A model generated the notes under the pieces. The model saw nothing but the letters and a program-made list of their open reading frames with translations. It ran no database searches and was not told the DNA's origin. A stretch of DNA of 64,000 nucleotides from Dictyostelium discoideum (taxonomy: Eukaryota), in the NCBI GenBank assembly GCA_000004695.1, contig CM000151.3:4352001-4416000 (forward strand), written 5' to 3'. Shown here one piece after another: positions 1 to 12,365 of the stretch. A program made the translations under genes and the position numbers. Numbering within the stretch: the stretch's first letter is position 1; each line of letters begins with the position of its first letter.

Positions 1-87
<87 letters not shown>
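1..87. repeat. (CAT)n/(TCA)n trinucleotide microsatellite of 29 units; it encodes poly-Ser within the partial CDS
   Basis: Perfect catcat... run at the window start. Confidence 0.9.
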
Positions 88-89
<2 letters not shown>

Positions 90-710
90 ATATCTAATCC
101 ACTTGGTAAATCAGCACCAACAATAACCCCATCAAGAAGAGTACCACCACCTCCAACTCAACCAAGAAATAGTTTAGAGAATAACACATCCGCTTCTTCT
201 CCTCATATATCCACCGAAGGACAATCATTAAACAATCATCAACCAGAGCCAATTAATAATGATAAAAACAATACATCACCATTAAATTCAAAACCACTGA
301 TTCAACCAAGACCAATGGCCCCTCCAACTGTTCAATCAATTAATCAATTACGTTCTACTAATACCAATGGTATAAATAATGTTAACACTCAACTTCAAGA
401 TTTAGAAATTAATACTCCAACCAAATTGGTTGGTACAACAATTCCTCAAAAACCAGCTGCACCTTTTAGAAAAAGATCGTCAAGTACCTCATCTGAAGTT
501 ACTATTGTTCAACAACAACAACAACAACAACAACAACCAAATTTAATTACAAAATCTTCTCAAAAACCATCAAATGTAAATACTATTCAAAACAATAATA
601 ATAATAATAATAATAACCCCGATAATGAAGCTCCTTCTCCAGTAATAGAACAACCAACAGCACCAATAATTAAAAAGAGACCATTACCTCAAATTCCGAA
701 TCAATTGTAA
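1..710 (+). CDS. 3'-terminal coding segment of a Ser/Asn/Gln-rich low-complexity protein; the 5' part lies outside the window
   Basis: Frame 3 is open from nt 3 through the (TCA)n poly-Ser tract to TAA at 708-710. The track ORF 315..710 is the in-frame tail. No recognisable domain. Confidence 0.45.
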
Positions 711-1083
711 TTGAAAAATAACCACTTAAAATATTTAATAAAATAAATAAGAATAAATTATTTTGTAATACTACCTATTTTTTATTTCATTTTATCAAAT
801 CAAATCAAATCAATTAAACACCCATATTATATTCTCATCAGTTTTATTTCTGATACTGTTGATTAAAAGATAAAACCTTTTAGTTTATTGGTATTATCAA
901 AAAATAAATGACCATATACAGGGGAAAAAAAAAAATTTGATTAGTTTTATGATAAATTAATTGATCAATAATAGATGTTTATTAGTTTTTTTTTAATATT
1001 TTAAAATGATAAATGACATTTTAATATTTCCCCAGTATTCCAACTCCAGATTCCAATTTTTTTAATAAAATGGGATAAAATAT

Positions 1084-2713
1084 TTTTTTTTTTTTTTGAT
1101 ATAAATAAACTATTGTAGTATACAATTAGTATGTTATTTTTATTTATTTATTTTAGGTTTTTTAGTTTTTGTGAATTTAAAATGGTATGTTATTTTAGAT
1201 TAGGTAATTAATAATTAATTGGTGGTGTAATTGTTGGAATTGGTTCATTAGTGTTTATGCTCCATTCTTTTTTAAATTTTTTGATGGTTTCGGACCATTG
1301 GGTTTCTTTTTGAGTTTTTGTGAGGTTGTTTTTAATTGAGTATTGGTTAAAGTTTGATAAAGTTCTTGAATATTCCAATCTTATTAGCTTGTGCCATTTT
1401 GATTTTAATATATCATAATCTAGTGTTGTGTTGTTTATTTGGTTGTTCCAATTATCAATTGATTGAGTTATATTGATGTCAAATAATGATTTGCATAACC
1501 ATATCCATATTTGGTGAATAACTAATGAGATTATGTTCCAATATGCATGTGTTCTGACTAGATCAAGATTTGTGTTTATATAATTCCAGTTGAACCTGTA
1601 TTTTTTATATTGTGCGTTTTCTGCAAAATGAAAATTAATATTGATAGTTGGATCTGGTTTAAATGCTTTGTTGTTTGTTTGTGGTTTATAGATGAGTGTG
1701 TATAATTTTGTTGTATGGTTTTTTGTTAGTGACCAGTTTTTGTTTCCATTGCAATTTTTATATATAAAATATTTTAATTTGTCGTGGTTAATGAAGTTGA
1801 TTGTGTGCTGACAATTGAAAAACAAATGACCATAGGGATCATTATTCATTTCATTGTTGCAAATGGGGCAAACTTTGTTGTGTAGATGATTAATCGGAAG
1901 ACATCTAGCATGGAATCTTTGCATTGTATCTCGGCCTTTTGGATCTTTTAATTTTTGAATTTTGACAAAAAGTTGGTCGTATGTGTATTTCCATAATAGT
2001 TGTATTGATTGTTGGTGCGAAGTAAGAAGTAGATCTGAATATTTCTTGCCAATATAGTCTTTTGATTTGCATTGGTGATTGTTTAGTATTGTCGAGTAGA
2101 TTTCTTTGAGTGTTGGTGGTAGTGAAATATTATTTGTGTTTAATGTTTGAGAGGGTTGGTTTTTTGTTAATATTGGTTGTAGGATTTGAACTTTATCTTT
2201 TAGATGTCCAATTTGAGTTGCATAGTTTTCCCATTCTTTTTTTATTTTTATAAGGTATGGAGAAGAGATTGATTTGTTGATGATTTGATCCATCCAACTT
2301 ATCATGTATATTGAATTGTTTGCAGATTTATGCATTTGTAAGAATCTGTTGTATATCCAAATCTTTTGAGCAACTTGACGTAATTGTATATTCCACATAC
2401 CCCAACCACCTTCTTTTAATGGTTTTAATGATCTATCATAACACATCAAAGGTATTTTTGCACGTGAATGGATGGTTGATGTGTTGTTTTCAATGGAATT
2501 GGTATTGAGAGTTGGTGATTCAGAATTTGCGGGAGAATTCATAAACCATGAGATTAATTTATTAATTTGAATTTCTTCATCTTTTGTAAATTCTTCAAGG
2601 TATGATAAATATGTTATTGGTGATAGTGAGTAGGTGTTTATGATGGTTGTTTTTGTTTTTAATGTTGTACCACTAGTTTTCCATAGCACTAATGATTTAA
2701 ACAGTGTTTTCAT
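1084..2713 (-). mobile_element. 5'-truncated non-LTR retrotransposon remnant (TRE3-like, tRNA-gene-targeted family): ORF2 C-terminal region, 3' UTR and oligo(A) tail
   Basis: The 501-aa minus-strand ORF 1208..2713 has an A-rich coding strand and a C-terminal Cys/His motif, C-P-I-C-x11-H-x4-C, of the kind found at LINE ORF2 C-termini. There is no ORF continuity 5' of 2713. A T17 run at about 1085-1097 gives an oligo(A) tail on the minus strand. The remnant lies downstream of tRNA-Gly and is co-oriented with it, as expected for TRE3-type elements. Confidence 0.5.
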
Positions 2714-3251
2714 TGTTTCTGGTAATTTCCTATGTAAACCATTATGATTAAAGAAATAGCCAAGAACTCTTTCTGATTGATCTTTTTTGGTTATTGGAAT
2801 TCTTTTTGATTGTGGAATGTTGTTTATTATGTGTTTATCAGTGATTTTGTGGGGGTTGATTTCTATTATTGCACTTTTGTCAAAATTTAAAGATGATGAT
2901 GTTGAAGCACAGAAATTATCGAAATGTTTGATTGATTGTTGTTGTTGTTCGTAGTTGATGTTGTATGTTGTAGAGTCGTCTGCAAATTGGGTAAATTTGA
3001 TTTTAATTTGTGGATTGGGTGAAATTGGTAATCCAATTATTGAATTGTCTGCATTTATTGTTCTTGCTAATATTTCAATTACAATTACAAATAAAGTGGC
3101 AAAAAAACCGAAAAAACAAAGAAATAAACGAGAATTTATACATATAATAAATAAATCACTGTTATATCTTCACCGCCACATTCATTCCTCTTAATTTTAC
3201 CCTTTTTTTGCTCAATAAAGCAAGGGCTATCGTCCTATATACTTTTCAACA

Positions 3252-4016
3252 ATGGCTGATGATCACTCAACTGAATTACAGTTAAATCATACAGATAACA
3301 ACACAACCAATACAAATAATACCTCCACAACCTCAACAACAAAAAACAAAAGTGCAAAAATCGACACACCTAAAAAACAAACCCCAACAAACCAACTCTC
3401 ACTAAACAAAGGACTTGATAATCAATTAGATATCATTGCACCTCCATCAATCACAAGACCACTCTCTTTCTTAGAAAAAAACAATAACACCATCAACATT
3501 AAGTGTTACTTTAATCAACCACACATCCGTGAAGAATTAACCTCAAAAGATGACACAAGAATTCAACAAATTCACAAAAACATTCACAAACTCTTCGAAG
3601 ATATACTGTCGCCATCAGCATTTAAAATAATTGGTGCAACTGCCTTCGTAAATTGCAACGTTGATAAATTAACTTCAATAATCAACCTTCAAAACCAACT
3701 TGCACTAAATATCGACAAACTCAACTATAGATTCGATATATCATCAAATGATTATGCAATCATTAAAACATTCATTAAAACGTACTCACCCAAACATGCA
3801 AACGATGCAATTACAAACAACCTCACTAAATTCACCAGTTGTACATCAATTGAATCATTTACTGTCACATACTCATATGCTGTTGCGTTTAAAAGTTACA
3901 TTATAACATATCATCTAATTGATCACACACACAACATTGTTGATCAAAAGATCGAACAACCATCTGGGATAAAATACATGAGAATCGATCCCTTGGTCTT
4001 TTTAAAAATAGACTAA
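3252..4016 (+). CDS. 254-aa A/C-rich ORF of unknown origin, possibly transposon-derived, ending 8 nt from the 3' end of tRNA-Gly
   Basis: A long ORF on the A-rich, stop-prone strand is unlikely to be open by chance. No recognisable domain. Its composition resembles retroelement ORFs rather than host genes. Its last codons overlap the Pol III terminator T-runs of the tRNA. Confidence 0.3.
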   Translation: MADDHSTELQLNHTDNNTTNTNNTSTTSTTKNKSAKIDTPKKQTPTNQLSLNKGLDNQLDIIAPPSITRPLSFLEKNNNTINIKCYFNQPHIREELTSKDDTRIQQIHKNIHKLFEDILSPSAFKIIGATAFVNCNVDKLTSIINLQNQLALNIDKLNYRFDISSNDYAIIKTFIKTYSPKHANDAITNNLTKFTSCTSIESFTVTYSYAVAFKSYIITYHLIDHTHNIVDQKIEQPSGIKYMRIDPLVFLKID

Positions 4017-4023
4017 AATTTTA

Positions 4024-4094
4024 TGCGTATGCTGGGAATCGAACCCAGTTCGCATCCGTGGCAGGGATGCATCATACCACTAGACCACATACGC
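4024..4094 (-). tRNA. tRNA-Gly (anticodon GCC)
   Basis: The reverse complement is GCGTATGTGGTCTAGTGGTATGATGCATCCCTGCCACGGATGCGAACTGGGTTCGATTCCCAGCATACGCA. It has a 7-bp acceptor stem, an anticodon stem CATCC/GGATG, a loop CTGCCAC and a T-arm GGGTTCGATTCCC. T-runs follow within 20 nt on the coding strand. Confidence 0.9.
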
Positions 4095-4639
4095 TATTTT
4101 GATATTTTTCGATAAACAAAAGCAGTAATCGTTCGTTACAGTAATTATTTATTAAAATTTTTTATAATTAATCATAAATAGTTTATTAGGAAATTAGATA
4201 TTCTTTTAGCAAATTATGTCAACTCTTTATATAGTATAAAATGTAAATTATAATATTATTGTTGACTCAACAATATAAATATTTTTAATTAATTAAATAA
4301 ATAAATAAATTAAACTCATAAATAAACAAACAAATAATTAAAATTTAATAAATATTAAATTAAATTAAATTATTAAGGTTAAATAAAATGAATATATAAA
4401 TAAATATAAATAAATAAATTAAACTAATAAATAAATAAAATTCATATAAGTCCTTCTAGAGTATACCACTTCCGTTACATTCGTCAAAAATATTTAAAAG
4501 CAGTTTTTTTCAAAATTTTATTTTAAAGGATTATTAAATGAATAAATTTTAAATAAGATTATAGTCATGAATCCAAGCAATTCAACTAAAATGTAAACAT
4601 AAAAATATTAAATTAAAATGAATAATATAATTTTTATTT

Positions 4640-6484
4640 TTAAACATTATTATCTAATTCTGGAGCATCGTTATTTTTATCAAGCACAGAAATATGATCG
4701 ATATGGCTTGAACTTGATGGACATGTATGAGGATTATCACACGATGTTTGATTAGAGAATAATCCTTCAACTGATTCTCCATATTCGTATTCTATTATAT
4801 CTGATAAATAATTACCATTTACATTATTATTGTTATTTATACTATTGTTACTAACATTACCATTATTTGGAGATTTAAGATTTTCAAAATACAATTTAAT
4901 ATTTTTCCTAAAAATGGCCACCAAAATAAATATAGAAATTGTAATTGAACAAATCAAAACTGGAACAATTATTTTTTTAATCAAATCACCTCTATCAAAT
5001 TTATGAATTTTATTATTTTTTGTTACTAAATCATCGCTGTTTTCACTATTGTCAAAAAGATTAACTATACATTTTAAACAATCTTTTTTAAACTTTTCTA
5101 AATTTAAATTTAATGATGAATATTTATCAATGGTTATTAAATTATTTGTTCCTTTGATTGTTGTTTGAGTATCAATTCTTGAATTTGATTTTAAATCAAT
5201 AAAACCATTATCCATTATAATTGCACTTGAAAATTGATTTGGAATTGTTGAATTTTTAAATTTTATTTCATAAGATTTATCAATTGATAGAAAGGACATT
5301 TTTCCATTTATTGTATTATTTGAAATTATTGTATTTTCCAAAGATAAGTAAATTGATTCCATAATTTGAAATAATGAAATCGTTATAAAACTATTTGAAG
5401 ATTTTGAAATTATATTATTATTATTAAATAAACAATTCCTAAATATATTCGGATCCCTTGGTTGTGAGGGTCTTTTTGGGAAATATCCTTTAAAAAATGT
5501 CGATATTTTATTATTTGTAAATTGTAAATTATAAAATTGAATTACAAACCCATTCATATTAACTATTGGTAAATCCTCATTTGTTATCAATTCAATATTG
5601 TTAATAATGGAATTTTCCATTACTAAAGTTGACATTGTTAAATAAAATGGTGAATAAACCAATTTCATATTATCCAAAACTGTATCTACAAAACTAATAT
5701 TATTAAAATACATATAAAACAAAGGTGTTTGATATTGATTCGTAACATTTGCAAAATGACAATCTTTAAAAATAAAATTTGCAGGTAAATCACCCTCTGT
5801 ATAGTTTGCTTCTACAGACTCAATAAATTTAAAAGAACCAGTAGTTGTTATTGATGAAAAATAAAAATCTAAAGAATGATAAGGTTTATTTAGTAATGAA
5901 TTTGAAAATACTAATGTTGAACTCCAATCTTTGAATAATAAATTATTAATTGATATTAATTTTTTATTACATAAAGTATTATTTTCAAATCCAACATATT
6001 TTATAAATGATCTTGAAACTGATTTCCCATCAATTATTAATAATGGTTTTTTCTTTATTTCTGACTCTTTGATTTTATTTCCATTAATATCTTGAAAATC
6101 AATATTAAAAGAACAATAATTTTTTAAATCTCCAAATGTTTTTTCACCAATTAAGTTTATTGTTGGTGATGTTTTATTTAGATCTATATTTAATATTAAT
6201 AAAACTAATGAAACTTGATTAATATGAGAAATATTTTCAAATAATTGCCTTGATCTTTCTCCAGCATCATAAAATGTTTTACAAGGTGGATAAATTTTTG
6301 TATCCAGATCAAAAATATTAATACTTCCTCCACATTCCATATTTTCATAATTAATTTTTGATAAAAAATCAATTTTTAAAACAATTTCCTTATCAACATT
6401 TTCACTGAACGATTTACATATATTTAAAAAACAAATAATTATTATTAAAATGATTATATATTGTTTTTTAGATTTTTTAATCAT
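4640..6484 (-). CDS. Type I membrane glycoprotein with a signal peptide, a large N-glycosylation-rich ectodomain, a C-terminal transmembrane segment and a cytoplasmic tail; function unknown
   Basis: Single 614-aa ORF with ATG at 6484 and TAA at 4640. N-terminal hydrophobic signal MIKKSKKQYIIILIIIICFLNICKS. Transmembrane segment VPVLICSITISIFILVAIF near the C-terminus. Many N-x-S/T sites. Confidence 0.6.
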   Translation of the reverse strand: MIKKSKKQYIIILIIIICFLNICKSFSENVDKEIVLKIDFLSKINYENMECGGSINIFDLDTKIYPPCKTFYDAGERSRQLFENISHINQVSLVLLILNIDLNKTSPTINLIGEKTFGDLKNYCSFNIDFQDINGNKIKESEIKKKPLLIIDGKSVSRSFIKYVGFENNTLCNKKLISINNLLFKDWSSTLVFSNSLLNKPYHSLDFYFSSITTTGSFKFIESVEANYTEGDLPANFIFKDCHFANVTNQYQTPLFYMYFNNISFVDTVLDNMKLVYSPFYLTMSTLVMENSIINNIELITNEDLPIVNMNGFVIQFYNLQFTNNKISTFFKGYFPKRPSQPRDPNIFRNCLFNNNNIISKSSNSFITISLFQIMESIYLSLENTIISNNTINGKMSFLSIDKSYEIKFKNSTIPNQFSSAIIMDNGFIDLKSNSRIDTQTTIKGTNNLITIDKYSSLNLNLEKFKKDCLKCIVNLFDNSENSDDLVTKNNKIHKFDRGDLIKKIIVPVLICSITISIFILVAIFRKNIKLYFENLKSPNNGNVSNNSINNNNNVNGNYLSDIIEYEYGESVEGLFSNQTSCDNPHTCPSSSSHIDHISVLDKNNDAPELDNNV

Positions 6485-7047
6485 ATTCTTTCTGTAAAAA
6501 AAAAAAAAAACTTTGAAAAAAGAAATTTAACATTAATTTTCTTTTTATATATGTATAGGTTTTTTATATAAATAAGAAAAAAAGGTAGTAATAAATTCAA
6601 CTTGAAAAATTACACACACAATTTAAATAAATAAAAAAGAAAAAATTAATAATATATTAAAAAAAAAAATAAAAATAATATATAAAAAAAAAACAAAGGA
6701 GAATAATAATAATAATAATAATAAATAATAAATAATAATAATATTTAAATGATTGAAGGGGTTATAGGGTGGGTGGTGTTAAAAAAATATTATTTTTATT
6801 AAAAAAAATAAATAAAAATAAATTACCATTTTTTATTTTTTTTTTTTTTTTTTTTGTAAAACTTTAATTATTATTATGAAATAAAAAAAAATAAAGATTT
6901 AAAATAAGATATAGAGACATAAAAAACAAAAAAAAAAAACCAAACAACTTCTATTTATTGAATACTTAAAATTATATATGAATAACAATAAATATTGACC
7001 ACATAAATAGATTTAAATAAATTTTTTTTTTTTTTTTTTTTTTTATA

Positions 7048-7079
<32 letters not shown>

Positions 7080-7087
7080 TTATTTAT

Positions 7088-9828
7088 TTATTTTTGATTA
7101 TTATTATTATTATTATTATTACCAAAAGTTGAACCAGTAAATGTTCTTTTTATAAAAGAATTATTACTTGTATTATTCATTAAATTTGAAAAGAAACCAG
7201 ATTTATTATTATTATTATTATTAGCGCCGCCATTATTTATAATTTCTTTATATTTTTGAATTTCAACTTTACTCTTTTCCAAGAGGACAGCGAAATGTTC
7301 AACTTGAGATTCAGCCAACCTTCTTGCTTCTCTCTCCATTAATAATTGACCATTTAAATCTTCATCATCATAGTATTGTTTACGATGTTGTAAACCTTCG
7401 TCCAATTCTTTTTTAGCAGCCTCAAGCATTGCATAGAAAGATTCGGGAGTCATTGAATCGAAAGAACGTTTTTCATTGTCTTCTAATAATTTTGAAACAG
7501 TTTTACCAACGACACCCATTCTTCTCTTTTCATCGAGGAGGAGATCTTGAGATTTTTTATATTTTGATTTCTCTTGCTCCAATTCTGCGACGATTTCCCA
7601 ACGATTTGAATGCCATTGTTGTCTTTCTTGTTGAATACGATCGTCGATTTCTTTGTTTTTAGATTTTAAATCATTTAATTCCTTCAAGAGTTGTTCATGA
7701 TCATGATCACTAACTTTATTTGCACCATCGGCAATATGTTGATTTAAGAGTTGATTTGATTTTGATAATTGTTGTTGAGATTCTTCCAATTCTTTAGCTA
7801 AATTATCATTGGTTGCCAACATTGATTCAAACTCCTTACCTAGATCTTTAACTTTTTTCTCCATATCCTTTGATTTATCGATTTCATTGGATAAACGTTG
7901 TGCTAAATTATTTGCTTCTTTTTGAATTAATTCCTTCTCACTAGAGATATTATCAATGATATGTTTTAAATCGCCAACTACTTTTTCAGTCACTTGTTCA
8001 CTATCTACTTGATCCTCTACATTTTTTCTATTGATTCTTTCTTTCTCCTCTTGGAAATTGAGAAGATCTTGTTCACGTTGTTTCACTTGTTGTTCAAGTT
8101 TATCTTTTTCATCTTGAATCTCTGATTGTAATTTGCTAATGGTTTCATTTAATTGTTGAATTTCTTTATCTTTATCTTGGATTGTATTATTTTTTTCAAG
8201 TAAAGTGAAATTTAAAGTTTGTACATCCTTTTGATAGGTTTCTTTTTGTGAGGCGATTAATTCATCTAAACCTTTAATTGATGATTGTGATACCATTTCC
8301 CTAATGGATTCATTTTCATGTTCCAAAGATTCTCTTTGAACTTCAACCTTTTGAAGTTGTCTTGTGATGCTGGTCAACTCTTCTTTGGTTTGTTCAAGTT
8401 GCTCTTCCAATTGTTGAATTTTTAATTCCTTCTCTTGAATTGATTGATCACGATTTGTGATTTCAATTGTTAATGATTGAATTTTTAAAGAGGTTTCTTT
8501 ATTCTCCTGTTGTAATGTGCTAATCTCTTGTTCTCTTTGTTGAATATCATTCTTGTCTTGTTCCAAATGTTGTTGAAGTTGTTGAATTTGTAATGTTAAC
8601 TCTTCCATCTCTTTAATATGTGATTTACGTACACATTCAATCTCCAAATTTAAATTACTTCTCAATTGTGATAACTCATCCACTTCCATAACTTTATTAT
8701 CCAACTCGATGGTTAATGTTTTAATATTTGCTTCAAGAATCTCTTTATCTTGTTCAAATTTATTAAGTTCATTTTGGAGAGTTTGTTTCTCTTGTTCCAA
8801 TTGTTCAATGGTCTCTTGATGTTGATTAATCTTTGATTCATTATCTTTATTTTGTTGTTGTGATTGAGTTAGCTCTAGAGTTAACTCTTGATTCTCTTTG
8901 GTTAATTCTTGATTTTTAATCTCTTCTTTCTCTTTAATTTCTGTTATCTCTTGATTTTTCTCTTTTAATTCATTTAATGCAATTTGTAATTCATCTTTAA
9001 TCTTTACTTCCTCCTCTAATGATTTAATGATTTCTTTATTTTTTTCAATTAATTGATTATAAGTATCTTGTAAATTTTCAAATTTTTGTTTCTCACTATT
9101 GATTTCAATTTTTAATCTTTCAATCTCTTGTAAATTTAATTCCAATTGTGATTTTAATTCTTCAATATCTTTGGATTTTTCTTGATTTTCTTGTTGTGAT
9201 TTACTTAATTGATCTTGTGTAGATTCTAATCTCTCTTGTAATTGATTTATACTATCTTTATGTTCATTAATCTCTTTATCCAACTTTTCAAGCTTTTCTT
9301 TATTTATTTTTATCTCTTGCTCTAATTTATCCTCTGTCTCTTTTAATATTCCTTTAACTTGTAAATGACTTTGTGATTCAATCAACAATGTATCCTTTAC
9401 TGATGTTAACTCTAATAATAATTTATTTTCTGATTGTTTTAATAATTCTTTTAATTCAATTTGCATTGTTACATTATTTTGTTCTTTTTCAACTTCCTTT
9501 AAAAAATTTAAAAAAATAATAAAAAATTTTAAATTATTAAAAACAATTCCAACAAAAATTAATAATAATAATAATAATTTAACTAACCTCTTTTAATTTT
9601 TTAATTGATTCATGTTGATCATATATAGTTTGATTTAATGTTTTAATTTCAGGATTTTTATTATTTACAATTTTTTTTAATAAATGGGCTTCCTTTTGTA
9701 AAAAATAAAGTAAACTTGATTCTTCAATTAAACGATTTTGAAATTTTTTAGTTTCTTTTAAAAGTTTGGAATTTTCGTCTTTTAAATCTGTAATTTGTGC
9801 CTAAAAATTAAAAAAAATAAAAAATTAA

Positions 9829-9859
<31 letters not shown>

Positions 9860-10010
9860 TTCCTTTTATATTTATAAATCTTACTTTAACTCTTTTAGAT
9901 TTCTCTTTTGTTTGAAGTGAAATTGGCATATATTGATCAAATGTGCCTTTAACTTGTTCTTTTAACACTTGAGCATCATTTTTTTTTTCTGATGGATATG
10001 GTGATGACAT
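7088..10010 (-). CDS. Large coiled-coil protein of about 915 aa in 3 exons, with an N/G-rich C-terminus; function unknown
   Basis: Exons at about 10010..9885, 9800..9588 and 9496..7088, all phase 0. Introns start GTAAGA and GTTAGT and end tttttag and ttttaaag. Exon 1 encodes MSSPYPSEKK...KRVK. The 792-aa track ORF forms exon 3 and is dominated by heptad-like E/K/Q/L repeats. Confidence 0.7.
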
Positions 10011-11007
10011 TATTATTTTGTGTGTGTGTGTGTCTCTATTTATAAATTTTATCGATTACTTTACAAAAAAATAAAAAAAAAAAATAAAAAAAATTATTAT
10101 AAAAACTAATGTGAGATATTTTTAAAAAAATAAAAAAATATTTTTATTTTTTATTTTTTTTTTATTGGATATGAGGATTTATTTATAAAACACTGGTGAG
10201 ATTATTACAAAAATAAAAATAATGTTGATTTGTTGATAGTTTGTTATATGAAAAATGATAAAAAAAAAAAAAAATTAAAAAAAAAATTAAAAAATTAAAA
10301 ATTAAAAAAAAAAAAAAAAACTCTGGGTAAAGTTATATTTATATTACCACAAAGTAAAAAAATTTGAATTTTTAAAAAAAAAAGAAAATTATTTAATACG
10401 TGGTGTGAGTAAATATATATAAATAAAATAAATAAAAATAAATAAAATCAACTACAACTATTTAAATAAAAGATTATTATTATTAAATACAACAAAATAA
10501 TGAATATTTATGAAATATAATGAAATACAACAAATTATAAAAAAAAAAAAAAAAAAAACTTTTCCGACCAAGTCTTATTGAAAAATTTTATTTGAAAAAA
10601 AAAAAAAAAAAAAAAAAAAATCAAAAAAATTAAAAATATAACGGTATTGTTTTTCATTGGCTAACTGATCAAAATTGACGTCTGTTTTTATAAAAAAAAG
10701 GAAAAAAAAAAAAAAAAAGAATTTAAAATAAAATTAAATTAAAAAAATAAAACAAAAAAAAAAAAATCACCACATGACATTTTACAAAACTTTTATTAGG
10801 TGATATCATTGTACGTATACATTATATTATCAATTATTACAACAACCATTAAAAAAAATAAAAAAATAATAAAAAAATAAAAAAAAAATAAAAAAAAATA
10901 AAAATAAAATGAAATAAAATGAAATAAAATTAAATTAAAAAATTGTGATTAAATAAAATAATAATATGGTTATATTTATTTACTTAATGAGATAATTATT
11001 ATTATTA

Positions 11008-11961
11008 TTACAATATTGAAATTATTATAAAAATAATAATTGAAACAGTTGGTACATATAAGGAAGAAGAAGAAGAGGATGATGGAGAACCTAAATCATC
11101 CATTTCTTTAGTTTCATTTGGACTTGAAATTTCAACAATATTTGAAGTTTGTAATTCACCATTAACATGGAATTGATTATTTGGTATATTTATAGAACAA
11201 CGAGCATACAAAGAGAAACATTGAATATGATTTCCAAAACAAGTGATTGAATTTTCATTTGAAACTTTATTTTGTACGGTACATACAGCATTTGTATCAC
11301 TTTGACAAGTTGAACCACCAATATTATCAACACAATATGTTGGACCATACCCATTACATTTAATAAATGATGATGAACCATTAATCGTCAAACCCCTTTC
11401 ACTGTATTCACAAATAGTTGGTTGAGAGTAGTCTGATGAGGAGGAAGAAGAAGACGATGGATAACTTGTTGTTGAGGAGGAGAATGTAGTTGATGGATAA
11501 CCAGTTGTCGAAGAGGAATATGTAGTTGATGGATAACTAGTTGTCGAAGAGGAATATGCAGTCGATGCATAACTGGTTGTGGTTGTTGTTGTTGAAGAGG
11601 AGAATATAGTCGATGGATTTGTAGTAGTTGTGGCAGAGCTAGCACCACTATCATAATAATAAAAAGCACCATGGAGAGTATAATATATTAAACCATCAAC
11701 TAAAATAAAGACACTATGAAAACCATTTCCTGGTTGTGCATAACATACATATTCATAATCAGTTTGATTGATGAATGTACATTCAGAATTTCCAATACTT
11801 ATAGTCATACTTCTATTTGTTAAAAAGCAACCAAAGAAAACAGCTTCACCACCATTAGAACTTACAGGTATTATTGACGAAATATAAAGTCCATTTGAAT
11901 CAAAACAGCTTTGGGCTAAACATGATGAAAAAAATAAAATTAATATCAACAAAATCGATTT

Positions 11962-11964
<3 letters not shown>
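11008..11964 (-). CDS. Secreted Ser/Thr-rich (mucin-like), Cys-containing cell-surface protein with a hydrophobic C-terminus, probably GPI-anchored
   Basis: ATG at 11964 is preceded by a poly(A) tract on the coding strand. Signal peptide MKSILLILILFFSSCLA. Repeated SSSTTSYPSTTY units. C-terminal VSIIIFIIISIL. Confidence 0.6.
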
Positions 11965-11999
<35 letters not shown>

Positions 12000-12070
12000 T
12001 AAATCTTAAAGATAATTAAAAAAATAATATGATAATAAAAATAATAAATAATATTAATTATAAATTAATA

Positions 12071-12106
<36 letters not shown>

Positions 12107-12365
12107 TTTTTATATTCAGATTTTAAATTCTTGTTCCAAGAAATAAATCAAATTTTTTTTTTCTTTTTGGCTTTACAATTCTTTTAAAATAAAAAAGTTT
12201 GACAAAAAATAAAAATAAAAAGAAATCAATTAAATTTTAGAAAAATACAGAGACTATTTATTTATTTATTTATTTTATTATTACTATTATTATGTTATTT
12301 GATATTATTATTATTATTATTTTTTGACAATTTGATATTAAAAATTTTTTTTTTTAAAAAAAGGT

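Noticed and set aside
2311-3194. Small plus-strand ORFs (2311..2508, 2955..3194) inside the retroelement remnant
   Set aside because: Antisense or degenerate frames within decayed transposon sequence; no coding features.
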